This document shows positions 43,716-51,597 of a stretch of DNA of 51,765 bases, piece after piece. The stretch spans positions 1-51,765 of the forward strand of contig VGNY01000002.1 of the NCBI GenBank assembly GCA_016865895.1. Direction: 5' to 3'. This DNA comes from Chloroflexota bacterium (GTDB lineage: Bacteria; Chloroflexota; Dehalococcoidia; GIF9; UBA5629). Numbering within the stretch: the stretch's first letter is position 1; every line of letters starts with the position of its first letter. The notes under the pieces are model-generated. The model was not told where the DNA came from. It worked only from the letters and a program-made list of their open reading frames with translations, and ran no database searches. Made by a program: the position numbers and the translations under genes.

Positions 43716-45158
43716 TTAGGTGCGCACCGGCGTTGCCTTCCAAGAATAGCCGTAAACACCAGTGGGTTCATCCAAATATCTTCTGCGGAAGGTCATTTCC
43801 ACTGGCATACCTACCTTAACTGAGTCGAGGTCACAATCCGTAAAGTCAAACCAGAATCTGCCTCCTCCTTCAAAATCCACGAATCCGTATATTGACGGTG
43901 GGTCAATACTTGCAGCCAAATTATCACCAGTGTAAGTAAACACAGTGCCCTTTTTATCGGAAAAACGATAGTCTTCCATCTGGTCAACGGCTCCGCAATC
44001 AGGATTTACACACACTCTCTGGGGTGGGTATTGTGGTGTGCCACACTCTTTACACCTAGTTCCACAAAGCGACAGAATCGCTTTCCGCTCTCTGAACAGT
44101 GCAGACATGGGAGTGCGAATACCTATCTCACCACGCATGCCTATCTCCATTGGAGCCAGGTTGCGGAAGGCAAGATACTTCTCATAGCTAGCGAGTTCCT
44201 TTTTTAAAGCCAAGTGCTTCTTCACCCCACGTCTATCTCCAACCTTTTTAATGTTTTCAGTCACCTGGAAGAACAAGGCATCGCTGCCATTGCCAAAGCT
44301 GGCGACCAAAATCTTGTCTCCAGGCTTGGCATCTTCAAGTGCAGCCACTAATATCATCAAAGGCGAAACCGCACCCGTATCACCCACCTTATCCAACAAC
44401 GTATCTTGAATCTGGCTCGGCTCAGCACCCAGTCGTTTAATTATAGCGGCATGTTCTCTAGCATAAATGCCAGGAAATGCAATTTTGGCAAAGTCCTTAA
44501 TGTTCAAGTTATATTTCTTCAGCAGTCCTGAAATTGCTTCGGGTATCATTTTTGCATAGCCCTCGTCGCGGATAAACCTGTCTTCCCAGGCGTGTTCAAA
44601 TTCTTCGCCAGTTGCCTTCCAGCGGTCAGGAAAATCATACGAAACTGAATTGAAACCCTCAAAAGTAGCAATCACCTCTTCATCTCCCAACAGAATTGCT
44701 GCGGCACCATCGCCATAAAGATGTTCCTGTGGTCCACCGGGCTTGCTTAACCGACAGTCAGAAACACAGACCAGAATATTGCTTGAAGACCCTCCTTTTA
44801 CAGCATCACAAGCAGAAATGATAGCACCTGTGCCCGCTTTGGTAGAACCAATGAAGTCAGCAGTCCTTATATTAGGTTGAAGGTCGAGAGAAACAGCTAC
44901 TATTGCCGAATTCTGCCTCAGCATATATGGCTGACTGGTGGTAGCAAGAAATAAGCCGTCTATCTCTTCTCGCTTCAAGCCGTCTATGCAGTCAATCCCA
45001 GCAGCTACCGCCATGCTCAGCGTATCTTCATCATGATTGGCAACTGACTTCTCACCCGGCGTGGGAAATGTTCCCAGAAAACCTACTGCTCCGAAGATAG
45101 TATTGTGGTTCATTCGATAACGTGGAATGTAAGCTCCATATGACTTAATACCTACCAT
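43716..45158 (-). CDS. HMG-CoA-synthase-like domain fused to DUF35 Zn-ribbon/OB domain
   Basis: MVGIKSYGAYIPRYR...NHDEDTLSMAV is collinear with archaeal HMGCS. The C-terminal ~130 aa has CKECGTPQYPPQRVCVNPDCG plus an OB fold. AGGAGG RBS. Confidence 0.8.
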   Translation of the reverse strand: MVGIKSYGAYIPRYRMNHNTIFGAVGFLGTFPTPGEKSVANHDEDTLSMAVAAGIDCIDGLKREEIDGLFLATTSQPYMLRQNSAIVAVSLDLQPNIRTADFIGSTKAGTGAIISACDAVKGGSSSNILVCVSDCRLSKPGGPQEHLYGDGAAAILLGDEEVIATFEGFNSVSYDFPDRWKATGEEFEHAWEDRFIRDEGYAKMIPEAISGLLKKYNLNIKDFAKIAFPGIYAREHAAIIKRLGAEPSQIQDTLLDKVGDTGAVSPLMILVAALEDAKPGDKILVASFGNGSDALFFQVTENIKKVGDRRGVKKHLALKKELASYEKYLAFRNLAPMEIGMRGEIGIRTPMSALFRERKAILSLCGTRCKECGTPQYPPQRVCVNPDCGAVDQMEDYRFSDKKGTVFTYTGDNLAASIDPPSIYGFVDFEGGGRFWFDFTDCDLDSVKVGMPVEMTFRRRYLDEPTGVYGYSWKATPVRT

Positions 45159-45198
45159 TAGTTAACCTCCTGATGTCAGCGTTTTTAGGGCCGAATGG

Positions 45199-45227
45199 AA
45201 TATAACACAGACTTTAATCTCTGTCAA
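45199..45227 (-). promoter_or_regulatory. promoter TTGACA-N17-TATATT for the HMGCS-like/thiolase operon
   Basis: Minus strand: -35 at 45222-45227 and -10 at 45199-45204, with an exact 17-nt spacer. About 35 nt upstream of the start codon. Confidence 0.5.
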
Positions 45228-45314
45228 ACTTTTGTACTCGTCCAGTACATTAGTGACACATTAGTTTTGATTCTGAGACCAGAAGGATAGGCTTCCATCT
45301 CTGCTTATTTTACC

Positions 45315-45401
45315 TTCTCTCTTGATGGGAGAGGTCTAGGGTGAGGGTGAAGCCCTATTGTGACCCCTCACTCTAACTCTCTCCCGCCAGGGGCGAGAGA
45401 A
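45315..45401. repeat. second palindromic repeat family (TTCTCTC..GGGAGAG / GGGTGAGGGTG)
   Basis: TTCTCTCTTGATGGGAGAG...GGGTGAGGGTGAAGCC...CCCCTCACTCTAAC...CTCTCCCGCCAGGGGCGAGAGAA. The arms are approximate reverse complements. Confidence 0.6.
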
Positions 45402-45588
45402 TAAGAAAGTAATTGCTTTTCATCTCTTGAAACGTCTAACATCGGTGTAACCCATCTATCTGAACGAGTTCAACTTTGGCAATAGCTTTTCTGAGACAAA
45501 TCACGCAAATAAATTTTGACTCGCTGACAAATACCGCTGCGTACATAAGTGCTGGTAAAAAATTGAAAACAGCGTTAGCCTGCGGTGC

Positions 45589-45617
45589 TTGACAAATAAG
45601 ACCGGCCGCTTTACAAT
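45589..45617 (+). promoter_or_regulatory. promoter TTGACA-N17-TACAAT for the MarR operon
   Basis: -35 at 45589-45594 and -10 at 45612-45617, with an exact 17-nt spacer. Confidence 0.55.
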
Positions 45618-45639
45618 GTGCACAAAATAATTGTGTACA
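45617..45639. promoter_or_regulatory. imperfect palindrome TGTGCACAA-N5-TTGTGTACA (candidate MarR operator)
   Basis: 8 of 9 positions are symmetric. It starts at the last base of the -10 and covers the predicted transcription start. Confidence 0.45.
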
Positions 45640-45658
45640 AATTATAGGAGTGCCAGCT

Positions 45659-46081
45659 ATGTACGACGCTAGAAAACATATCTGCTTCAACCTTGGTCGT
45701 GTGATGCGACGTGTATACGACTACTACGAGAAGCGACTATCGCCATTCGGCCTGACTCCCCCACAGTACTTTGTATTCAACGCTTTATGGATGGGCGACG
45801 GCATCACTATCGGTGAGCTTGGAGACAGAGTTTCCCTCGACAGTTCGACACTTACCGGCATTATCGACAGGATGGAGAAGAATGACTATGTAGAACGTAA
45901 GCCAAACCCAGATGATAGAAGGTCAGCATTAGTATTCCTCACTGAAAAAGCAAAAGAACTGGGGCCTAGTATTTTGGAGTTCGCTGATGAGTTAGACACG
46001 ACCTTAAAACAGCCATTCTCCAAAAAAGACATGGCTACCTTTGAAAAGGTTCTCAGGGCTTTAGGTGAAACAAGCACTTAA
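45659..46081 (+). CDS. MarR-family transcriptional regulator
   Basis: LTPPQYFVFNALW...ITIGELGDRVSLDSSTLTGIIDRMEKNDYVERKPNPDDRR winged helix. The ATG 8 nt after AGGAG is preferred over the GTG at 45650. Confidence 0.85.
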   Translation: MYDARKHICFNLGRVMRRVYDYYEKRLSPFGLTPPQYFVFNALWMGDGITIGELGDRVSLDSSTLTGIIDRMEKNDYVERKPNPDDRRSALVFLTEKAKELGPSILEFADELDTTLKQPFSKKDMATFEKVLRALGETST

Positions 46082-46144
46082 GAACAGATAGCGCACAATA
46101 GTTTTGTAGTAATTCGGCAGACTCAACAAGCAAAAAGGAGAACA

Positions 46145-47086
46145 ATGAAAAGAACTAAATTGTGCGAATTGTTAGGAATCGAGCACCCTATCATCCTGGG
46201 CGCGATGGGAGGTATCTCCACTGGCAAATTGGCCGCATCTGTATCCAACGCAGGTGCGCTCGGCTCAGTAGCCACAGCCTTTATTTCTATTGAAGAAGCT
46301 CGACGTGAAATTCAAGAATGCAAGCGCTTTACTAACAAACCATTTGCGGTCAATTGCCCGCTTTTCAGACCAGATGTCAACGAAATGCTGGATATCATAA
46401 TTGAAGAGGGCGTTAGTATAATATCAACGTCGGCAGGCAGCCCAGATAGATGGGCAGAAAAAATCAAAGGCTTAGGAGCAAAATGGCTGCATGTAGTATC
46501 TAATGTAAGAGGAGCAGTAAGAGCAGCCGCTACCGGGGTAGATGTAGTCATCGCTGAAGGTACCGAATCAGGTGGAATCGCCTCCAGAGACGAGGTCACC
46601 ACCATGGTACTAATACCCCAAGTTGTCGACGCGGTGAAAGTGCCGGTCGTGGCAGCAGGTGGTATAGCTGATGCTCGAGGTTTCCTAGCTGCCCTGGCTT
46701 TGGGTGCCCAAGGAGTGCAGATAGGTACCGCTTTCTTGACTACCAAAGAATGCGACCGAATAAGCGATACTTACAAACAGGTGCTTCTCAACGCCTCAGA
46801 CACCGCCACCGGGCTAGCTACTCGCAAAGCGTACCCTGTAAGGATAATTAAGAACAAACTCTTCGACACTCTTCAGCATCTGGATGAAGAAGGTAAGTCG
46901 CGAGAGGAAATACAAATGATGCTGGCTCCAAAGATGATTAACCTGTCCCAGGAGAACGACCCTGAAAACGGGTTGTATGTTACAGGGCAAGTGGCAGGAC
47001 TAATCCATGAGATAAAGACGGTGAAGGAACTGATTGAAGGCATCGTCACAGAATCTGAGAAGCTTTATCATAGTCTGGCAGGTTAG
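46145..47086 (+). CDS. NMO/FabK-like FMN-dependent oxidoreductase (nitronate monooxygenase family)
   Basis: LLGIEHPIILGAMGGIS...ASVSNAGALGS and AAGGIADARG...GAQGVQIGTAFL. Confidence 0.8.
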   Translation: MKRTKLCELLGIEHPIILGAMGGISTGKLAASVSNAGALGSVATAFISIEEARREIQECKRFTNKPFAVNCPLFRPDVNEMLDIIIEEGVSIISTSAGSPDRWAEKIKGLGAKWLHVVSNVRGAVRAAATGVDVVIAEGTESGGIASRDEVTTMVLIPQVVDAVKVPVVAAGGIADARGFLAALALGAQGVQIGTAFLTTKECDRISDTYKQVLLNASDTATGLATRKAYPVRIIKNKLFDTLQHLDEEGKSREEIQMMLAPKMINLSQENDPENGLYVTGQVAGLIHEIKTVKELIEGIVTESEKLYHSLAG

Positions 47087-47151
47087 GTCTCTTGTAAGGC
47101 ACAGTCACGCGACCCTATATATAAAGGTAAGGAAAAAAGGAGGAAATTAAA

Positions 47152-48342
47152 ATGTCCAAGCCCAGAAAGCAAAAGGGGAAAACTGATATAGCCGAGCGAG
47201 AGATTTATCAGCATTTTATGGCCTGGCTCAAGCAGACATGGTGGGGATTACCCGAGACAGATTATACACTGCCTTTGATAAGAGCCCAGTACACTCCAGA
47301 AGAAGCATCTATCCTTACCGGTATGCCATTTTCGGGCAAAAGCCTCGAGGAACTGGCTGAAATAAAACAGAAAGACCCTGCCGAACTACGCAACCGTCTT
47401 GATGCAATGGCAAGAAAGGGCCTCGTTTTCCGCACAGTGAGAGGGGACACCGTACGCTACAGACTTAATGACTTCTTCTTCATCGGGCGCACAGCCTTCT
47501 GGCCCGGTCACAGAGACAAGTTAAGCAAAACCTTGGCACCACTGCACAATCAGCATTACTACCATGGCGGTTTTGAACAGTACAAGCATACACAAGCAAA
47601 AGGACTGCGAGTGCTACCCATTCAAGAAACAATCGAGGACACCAAACAGGTCTTGCCTTACGAAGAGGTAATCAAAGTGCTGGATTCCCAAGATTATTTT
47701 GTGGTCACCATTTGTCCTTGTAAGCACCGTAAAAATCTTGACCCTGACTTCCCCAACTGTGAGTATCCCACCGAGGTCTGTCTTCATTTCGGCACGCTCG
47801 GCCACTATATCGTGGAAAATGGTATGGGTCGCGAGATAACACAGCAGGAAACCGAAGACATACTACGCCAGTGCGCTGAAGTCGGATTAGTTCATGCAAT
47901 AGATAACCAACAGGAGAGACCAGACACCATCTGCAATTGCTGCAAGTGCTGCTGCATATGGTTCGAGGCATTCCATAAGCTGAAGCATTCTATGAGCCTG
48001 ACCCCGTCCAACTACCACATCCACACCAACTCGCAGACCTGCATCGGCTGCGGCTTATGCGTCAAGCGCTGCCCTATGGAATCGCTCCACCTGGAAGATT
48101 TTCCAGAAGCTAGAGGTAGGGTCACGATAGTGACTGAAGGGAAAGAACTGAAGAATAAAACTGGCAAAGTATCCGCAGCCAATATTGACTTCTGCATCGG
48201 CTGCGGCGTGTGTGCCTACAAATGCCCTACAAAGTCGCTGGTGCTGGAACGCCGTGAGGTTACCCATCATCCGCCTATGACCGGACGGGATTATATTATG
48301 CAGTACATGAGCGACTTGCAGGCTGCCAAAACACAGCTTTGA
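47152..48342 (+). CDS. Cys-rich iron-sulfur protein with C-terminal 2x[4Fe-4S] ferredoxin domain
   Basis: CIGCGLCVKRCP and CIGCGVCAYKCP, plus upstream CPCKHRK, C..C and CNCCKCCC clusters. The N-terminal ~170 aa is unassigned. Confidence 0.7.
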   Translation: MSKPRKQKGKTDIAEREIYQHFMAWLKQTWWGLPETDYTLPLIRAQYTPEEASILTGMPFSGKSLEELAEIKQKDPAELRNRLDAMARKGLVFRTVRGDTVRYRLNDFFFIGRTAFWPGHRDKLSKTLAPLHNQHYYHGGFEQYKHTQAKGLRVLPIQETIEDTKQVLPYEEVIKVLDSQDYFVVTICPCKHRKNLDPDFPNCEYPTEVCLHFGTLGHYIVENGMGREITQQETEDILRQCAEVGLVHAIDNQQERPDTICNCCKCCCIWFEAFHKLKHSMSLTPSNYHIHTNSQTCIGCGLCVKRCPMESLHLEDFPEARGRVTIVTEGKELKNKTGKVSAANIDFCIGCGVCAYKCPTKSLVLERREVTHHPPMTGRDYIMQYMSDLQAAKTQL

Positions 48343-48347
48343 CACCA

Positions 48348-48409
48348 AAACCTTGACAACCGAATACCACAAGCGTACCATCAATCCCTAATATAATAGG
48401 TCAAGGTTT
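48348..48409. repeat. 10-bp perfect inverted repeat AAACCTTGAC/GTCAAGGTTT, 42 nt apart
   Basis: Arms at 48348-48357 and 48400-48409, between the Fe-S gene and the ligase gene. They enclose a TATAAT at 48392. Confidence 0.5.
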
Positions 48410-48461
48410 AAAAAAGCTTCCCGCTACATGAAAAGGGGGATGTCGCCTCGGAGGAGAAACT

Positions 48462-50060
48462 ATGAACATCGGCAGTCTGCTCGAGGATAATATCAAGAGG
48501 TTTGGTGAATATGAAAGCGTCTACTTTGAAGGGAAATGGTACACCAATACTGAGGCAAACCGCAATGCTAACCGTTTAGGCAACGCATTGAAAGCTCTGG
48601 GCATTAGCAAAGGAGACCGAGTAGCAATACAGATGCCCAATAGCCCACCTGTGTTCTCATCATTTCCGGGCATATACAAGATAGGTGGCATCGTGGTCCC
48701 ATTGAACCCGCTATTGCGGCCTGACCAAGCTGCCTATATATACCGTGACTGTGGAGCAAAAGCCATCCTTACTAGCTCAGATTATTTGGGCTGGATTCTA
48801 GAGGCACAGAAGCATGCTCCAGACTTGAAACATATCATTCTAACAGATAAAGATGATGTTCCTGGCACTGTATCCTACCGTGAGTTGATGTCAAGTAGCT
48901 CAGACGAATTAGTGATAGAAGAGACCGCCAATGATGACATTGCCGCCCTAATATATACCGCTGGCACCACAGGGCAGCCTAAAGGTGTAATGCATACCCA
49001 CTTTTCTCTCTACACCAACGCCTTGTCATTCTACGAATACATTATGGTTCGACGCTCCGTGACATTGTGTTTGACTAGCCGCGCTCTAAACCCCAAAACA
49101 CTCCAATTCAATGAAGTCTTCCAACAAGTTTCCGGAGTCAATAGAGCGACAGTTAGCCTCGGCGTGCTACCTTTATCGCATTCCTACGGCATCGCCTTCA
49201 GCAATACAGGTTCCTTCTTTGGGGGGAAAGCAGTTGTTCTTAGATGGTGGAACGTTGAGGAGGCACTGAAGGCCATACAGACCTTCCGGATTACTCACAT
49301 AGCTGCAGTGCCTACCATGTACATCCAGATGCTGGAGTTCCCTGACCTGGACAAGTACGACCTAAGCTCACTCGAGGACTGCAATTCCGGTGGAGCAGCA
49401 CTCCCTGTCGAAGTGGCCTTGAAATGGAAGCAAAAGGTAGGAGTTGATATAAGAGAAGGCTGGGGGTTAACCGAGTCTGGGGCTACTACCACAGGACAGC
49501 CGGCTGACCTCCCACCTAAATATGGCTCCGTAGGTAAATGCTTGCTGAAATGCAATACCATAAAAGTCTTTGATGAAAAAGACAACGAGCTCCCGCCAGG
49601 ACAGCGTGGCGAAATTGTGGTCAAAGGTCCTACATTAATGAAAGGTTACTGGAACCAGCCTGAGGATACAGCACAGACCATCAGGAATGGCTGGCTCTAC
49701 ACTGGCGATATAGGCTATCTGGATGAAGAAGGCTACCTTTATATCACCGACCGCAAAAAGGACATAATCATCCGGGGAGGAGAAAATGTGTCACCTCGAG
49801 AAGTAGAGGAGGTCCTTTACCAGCATCCTAAGGTGCTCGAAGCCGGAGTTATCGGCATCCCTGATAAGGTGTATGGTGAAGAGATAAAGGCTTTCGTGAC
49901 TCTCAAACAGGGAGAGGAAGCTAGCGAAGATGAAATCATTACTTTTTGCAAGGAACGCTTGCCCACCTTTAAGACACCAAAGAAAGTACAATTCCTAGAA
50001 TCTTTGCCCAAGAACCTTCTGGGCAAAGTACTAAGAGCAGAATTACGCAATCTGGGTTAA
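48462..50060 (+). CDS. AMP-forming acyl-CoA ligase
   Basis: YTAGTTGQPKGVMHTH, GWGLTES, GDIGYLDEEGYLYITDRKKDIII and a C-terminal PKNLLGKVLR. Confidence 0.9.
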   Translation: MNIGSLLEDNIKRFGEYESVYFEGKWYTNTEANRNANRLGNALKALGISKGDRVAIQMPNSPPVFSSFPGIYKIGGIVVPLNPLLRPDQAAYIYRDCGAKAILTSSDYLGWILEAQKHAPDLKHIILTDKDDVPGTVSYRELMSSSSDELVIEETANDDIAALIYTAGTTGQPKGVMHTHFSLYTNALSFYEYIMVRRSVTLCLTSRALNPKTLQFNEVFQQVSGVNRATVSLGVLPLSHSYGIAFSNTGSFFGGKAVVLRWWNVEEALKAIQTFRITHIAAVPTMYIQMLEFPDLDKYDLSSLEDCNSGGAALPVEVALKWKQKVGVDIREGWGLTESGATTTGQPADLPPKYGSVGKCLLKCNTIKVFDEKDNELPPGQRGEIVVKGPTLMKGYWNQPEDTAQTIRNGWLYTGDIGYLDEEGYLYITDRKKDIIIRGGENVSPREVEEVLYQHPKVLEAGVIGIPDKVYGEEIKAFVTLKQGEEASEDEIITFCKERLPTFKTPKKVQFLESLPKNLLGKVLRAELRNLG

Positions 50061-50076
50061 TCTAGACCAAGGCTTG

Positions 50077-51273
50077 TCAAAACATTGAGCCGCTAATAGC
50101 CCCTTTCCGTCCCAATACTTCCTTGTAGGTGTCCCTCTGGACGATATATTTCATAATCTCCGACGTTCCTGAAGCAATCCTTCCCAACCTCACAAACCGC
50201 ACATAAGACTCTATGGGATATTTATTCGTATAACCAATCCCTCCCAGCACTTGAAGAGCTGTATCAGCAATCTGATACCCCAATTCCCCAGCCAGATACT
50301 TTGCCTCGGCAATCTCCTTCATGGCCTTGGGACCATATTTATCCACCAGTCTGCATCCCCTCAGAATCATGGCGGAAATAGCATCTCTTTTTATAATCAT
50401 ATCAGCCACCATGTTATAAACCGTGGGAATTCGACTCAAGGTGACACCAAAAGCCTCGCGTTCAAGAGAATATTTGATAGCCTCATCTAAGCAGCGCCTG
50501 GCTCCGCCAAGCGCCCCTGCAGCAGTGCTCAACCTCTCCCATATTAAAATAGTATCCAGGACACCCCTCCCATCCCCCTCCTTGCCCAGAATACTTTCCT
50601 TCGGAACCTTGATGCCCTTCATAATCGAATGGGATACACCAGCACCGTGATAGCCCATCATTCTGAACTTTTCTACAACCTCTATCCCCATCTCCCGGTC
50701 AATTAAAAAGGCAGAAAGCCCACCTTTCAGGGCTGGTTTATTTGTGTCGGTAATGGCAAAGGTGACAAAGAAGTCTGCGCCTAAGCCTCCAACTTGAAAG
50801 CGTTTCTCACCGGCAACAGTATAGAAATCCTTATCTAATACCGCTTTAGTCTTATAACTATTGATATCAGAGCCGGCTCCAGGTTCTGTCATAGCAATAG
50901 CTGCCACTTTCATACCCTGTGATATGGGGATAACGTAATCCTTCTTTTGTTTCTCTGTTCCATACTTGCAGATAGCAATACCGACCCACCCTGTAGAACA
51001 CCCGGGGCAGCTTAGAGCAGGACCAACATAGGCTAACTCCTCGCTCTTTATGACTTCATAAACAAGTCCGCGGTTTTTGCCCCCATATTTTTCCGGCAGG
51101 CACATTCCAAAATAGCCTTTCTTCCCTAAAATCCTGACCAGCTCAGTGGGAAAATCTATCTCGTCTCTTTCCTGTTTTTCTGCCAGACCCAATGGAACTA
51201 TTTCTTTCTTGAGGAACTCCCTGAACTCTCTCCTGAAATCCAACTCTTCTTGGGTCATCAATATATCCGGCAT
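50077..51273 (-). CDS. acyl-CoA dehydrogenase
   Basis: MTEPGAGSDINS, LIWERLS (IVD-like Glu position) and GTSEIMKYIV. AAGGAGG RBS. Confidence 0.9.
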   Translation of the reverse strand: MPDILMTQEELDFRREFREFLKKEIVPLGLAEKQERDEIDFPTELVRILGKKGYFGMCLPEKYGGKNRGLVYEVIKSEELAYVGPALSCPGCSTGWVGIAICKYGTEKQKKDYVIPISQGMKVAAIAMTEPGAGSDINSYKTKAVLDKDFYTVAGEKRFQVGGLGADFFVTFAITDTNKPALKGGLSAFLIDREMGIEVVEKFRMMGYHGAGVSHSIMKGIKVPKESILGKEGDGRGVLDTILIWERLSTAAGALGGARRCLDEAIKYSLEREAFGVTLSRIPTVYNMVADMIIKRDAISAMILRGCRLVDKYGPKAMKEIAEAKYLAGELGYQIADTALQVLGGIGYTNKYPIESYVRFVRLGRIASGTSEIMKYIVQRDTYKEVLGRKGAISGSMF

Positions 51274-51302
51274 CTCAAAACCTCCTTTCGCTCACTAGAA
51301 TT

Positions 51303-51503
51303 CTACGCTTTAATGATTTTTATGGCATTCCTAGGGCACAGGTCTACACATGAATCACACGCGTAACAGGCTTCTATTTTAGCCACCTTTACACTGTCAT
51401 CTTCTTGACCGAAGACTTTAACAGGACAAAAATCCACGCACAGGCCACAGCCATCACATAGTGTTTGATCGAGCCTGATAGCAAGGACAGTTTCCAGTGA
51501 CAT
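51303..51503 (-). CDS. small 2x[4Fe-4S] ferredoxin
   Basis: CDGCGLCVDFCP and CYACDSCVDLCP. The ATG at 51503 is preferred because the TTG at 51539 overlaps the predicted -10. Confidence 0.75.
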   Translation of the reverse strand: MSLETVLAIRLDQTLCDGCGLCVDFCPVKVFGQEDDSVKVAKIEACYACDSCVDLCPRNAIKIIKA

Positions 51504-51538
51504 CTCGTCATACTTGGAGCCAAAATAAAGATGAAACA

Positions 51539-51567
51539 ATTTTAAGCAAACTCCTAAATTGAGTCAA
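51539..51567 (-). promoter_or_regulatory. promoter TTGACT-N17-TAAAAT for the ferredoxin-ACAD pair
   Basis: Minus strand: -35 at 51562-51567 and -10 at 51539-51544, with an exact 17-nt spacer. Confidence 0.45.
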
Positions 51568-51597
51568 GGAGGACTTGTGCGGTTGTTAAAAAAAATT

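Noticed and set aside
43682-43771. A 30-codon N-terminal extension of the thiolase ORF that overlaps the upstream gene by 56 nt.
   Set aside because: The internal ATG at 43681 is preceded by GGAGG and yields the conserved thiolase N-terminus (KVAIIGMGCTKFGE). The extension has no homology-like features.
43716-45158. The HMG-CoA-synthase-like gene as evidence for a mevalonate pathway.
   Set aside because: No HMG-CoA reductase, mevalonate kinase or decarboxylase is in the window. The gene sits in a beta-oxidation operon, and the catalytic Cys appears to be replaced.
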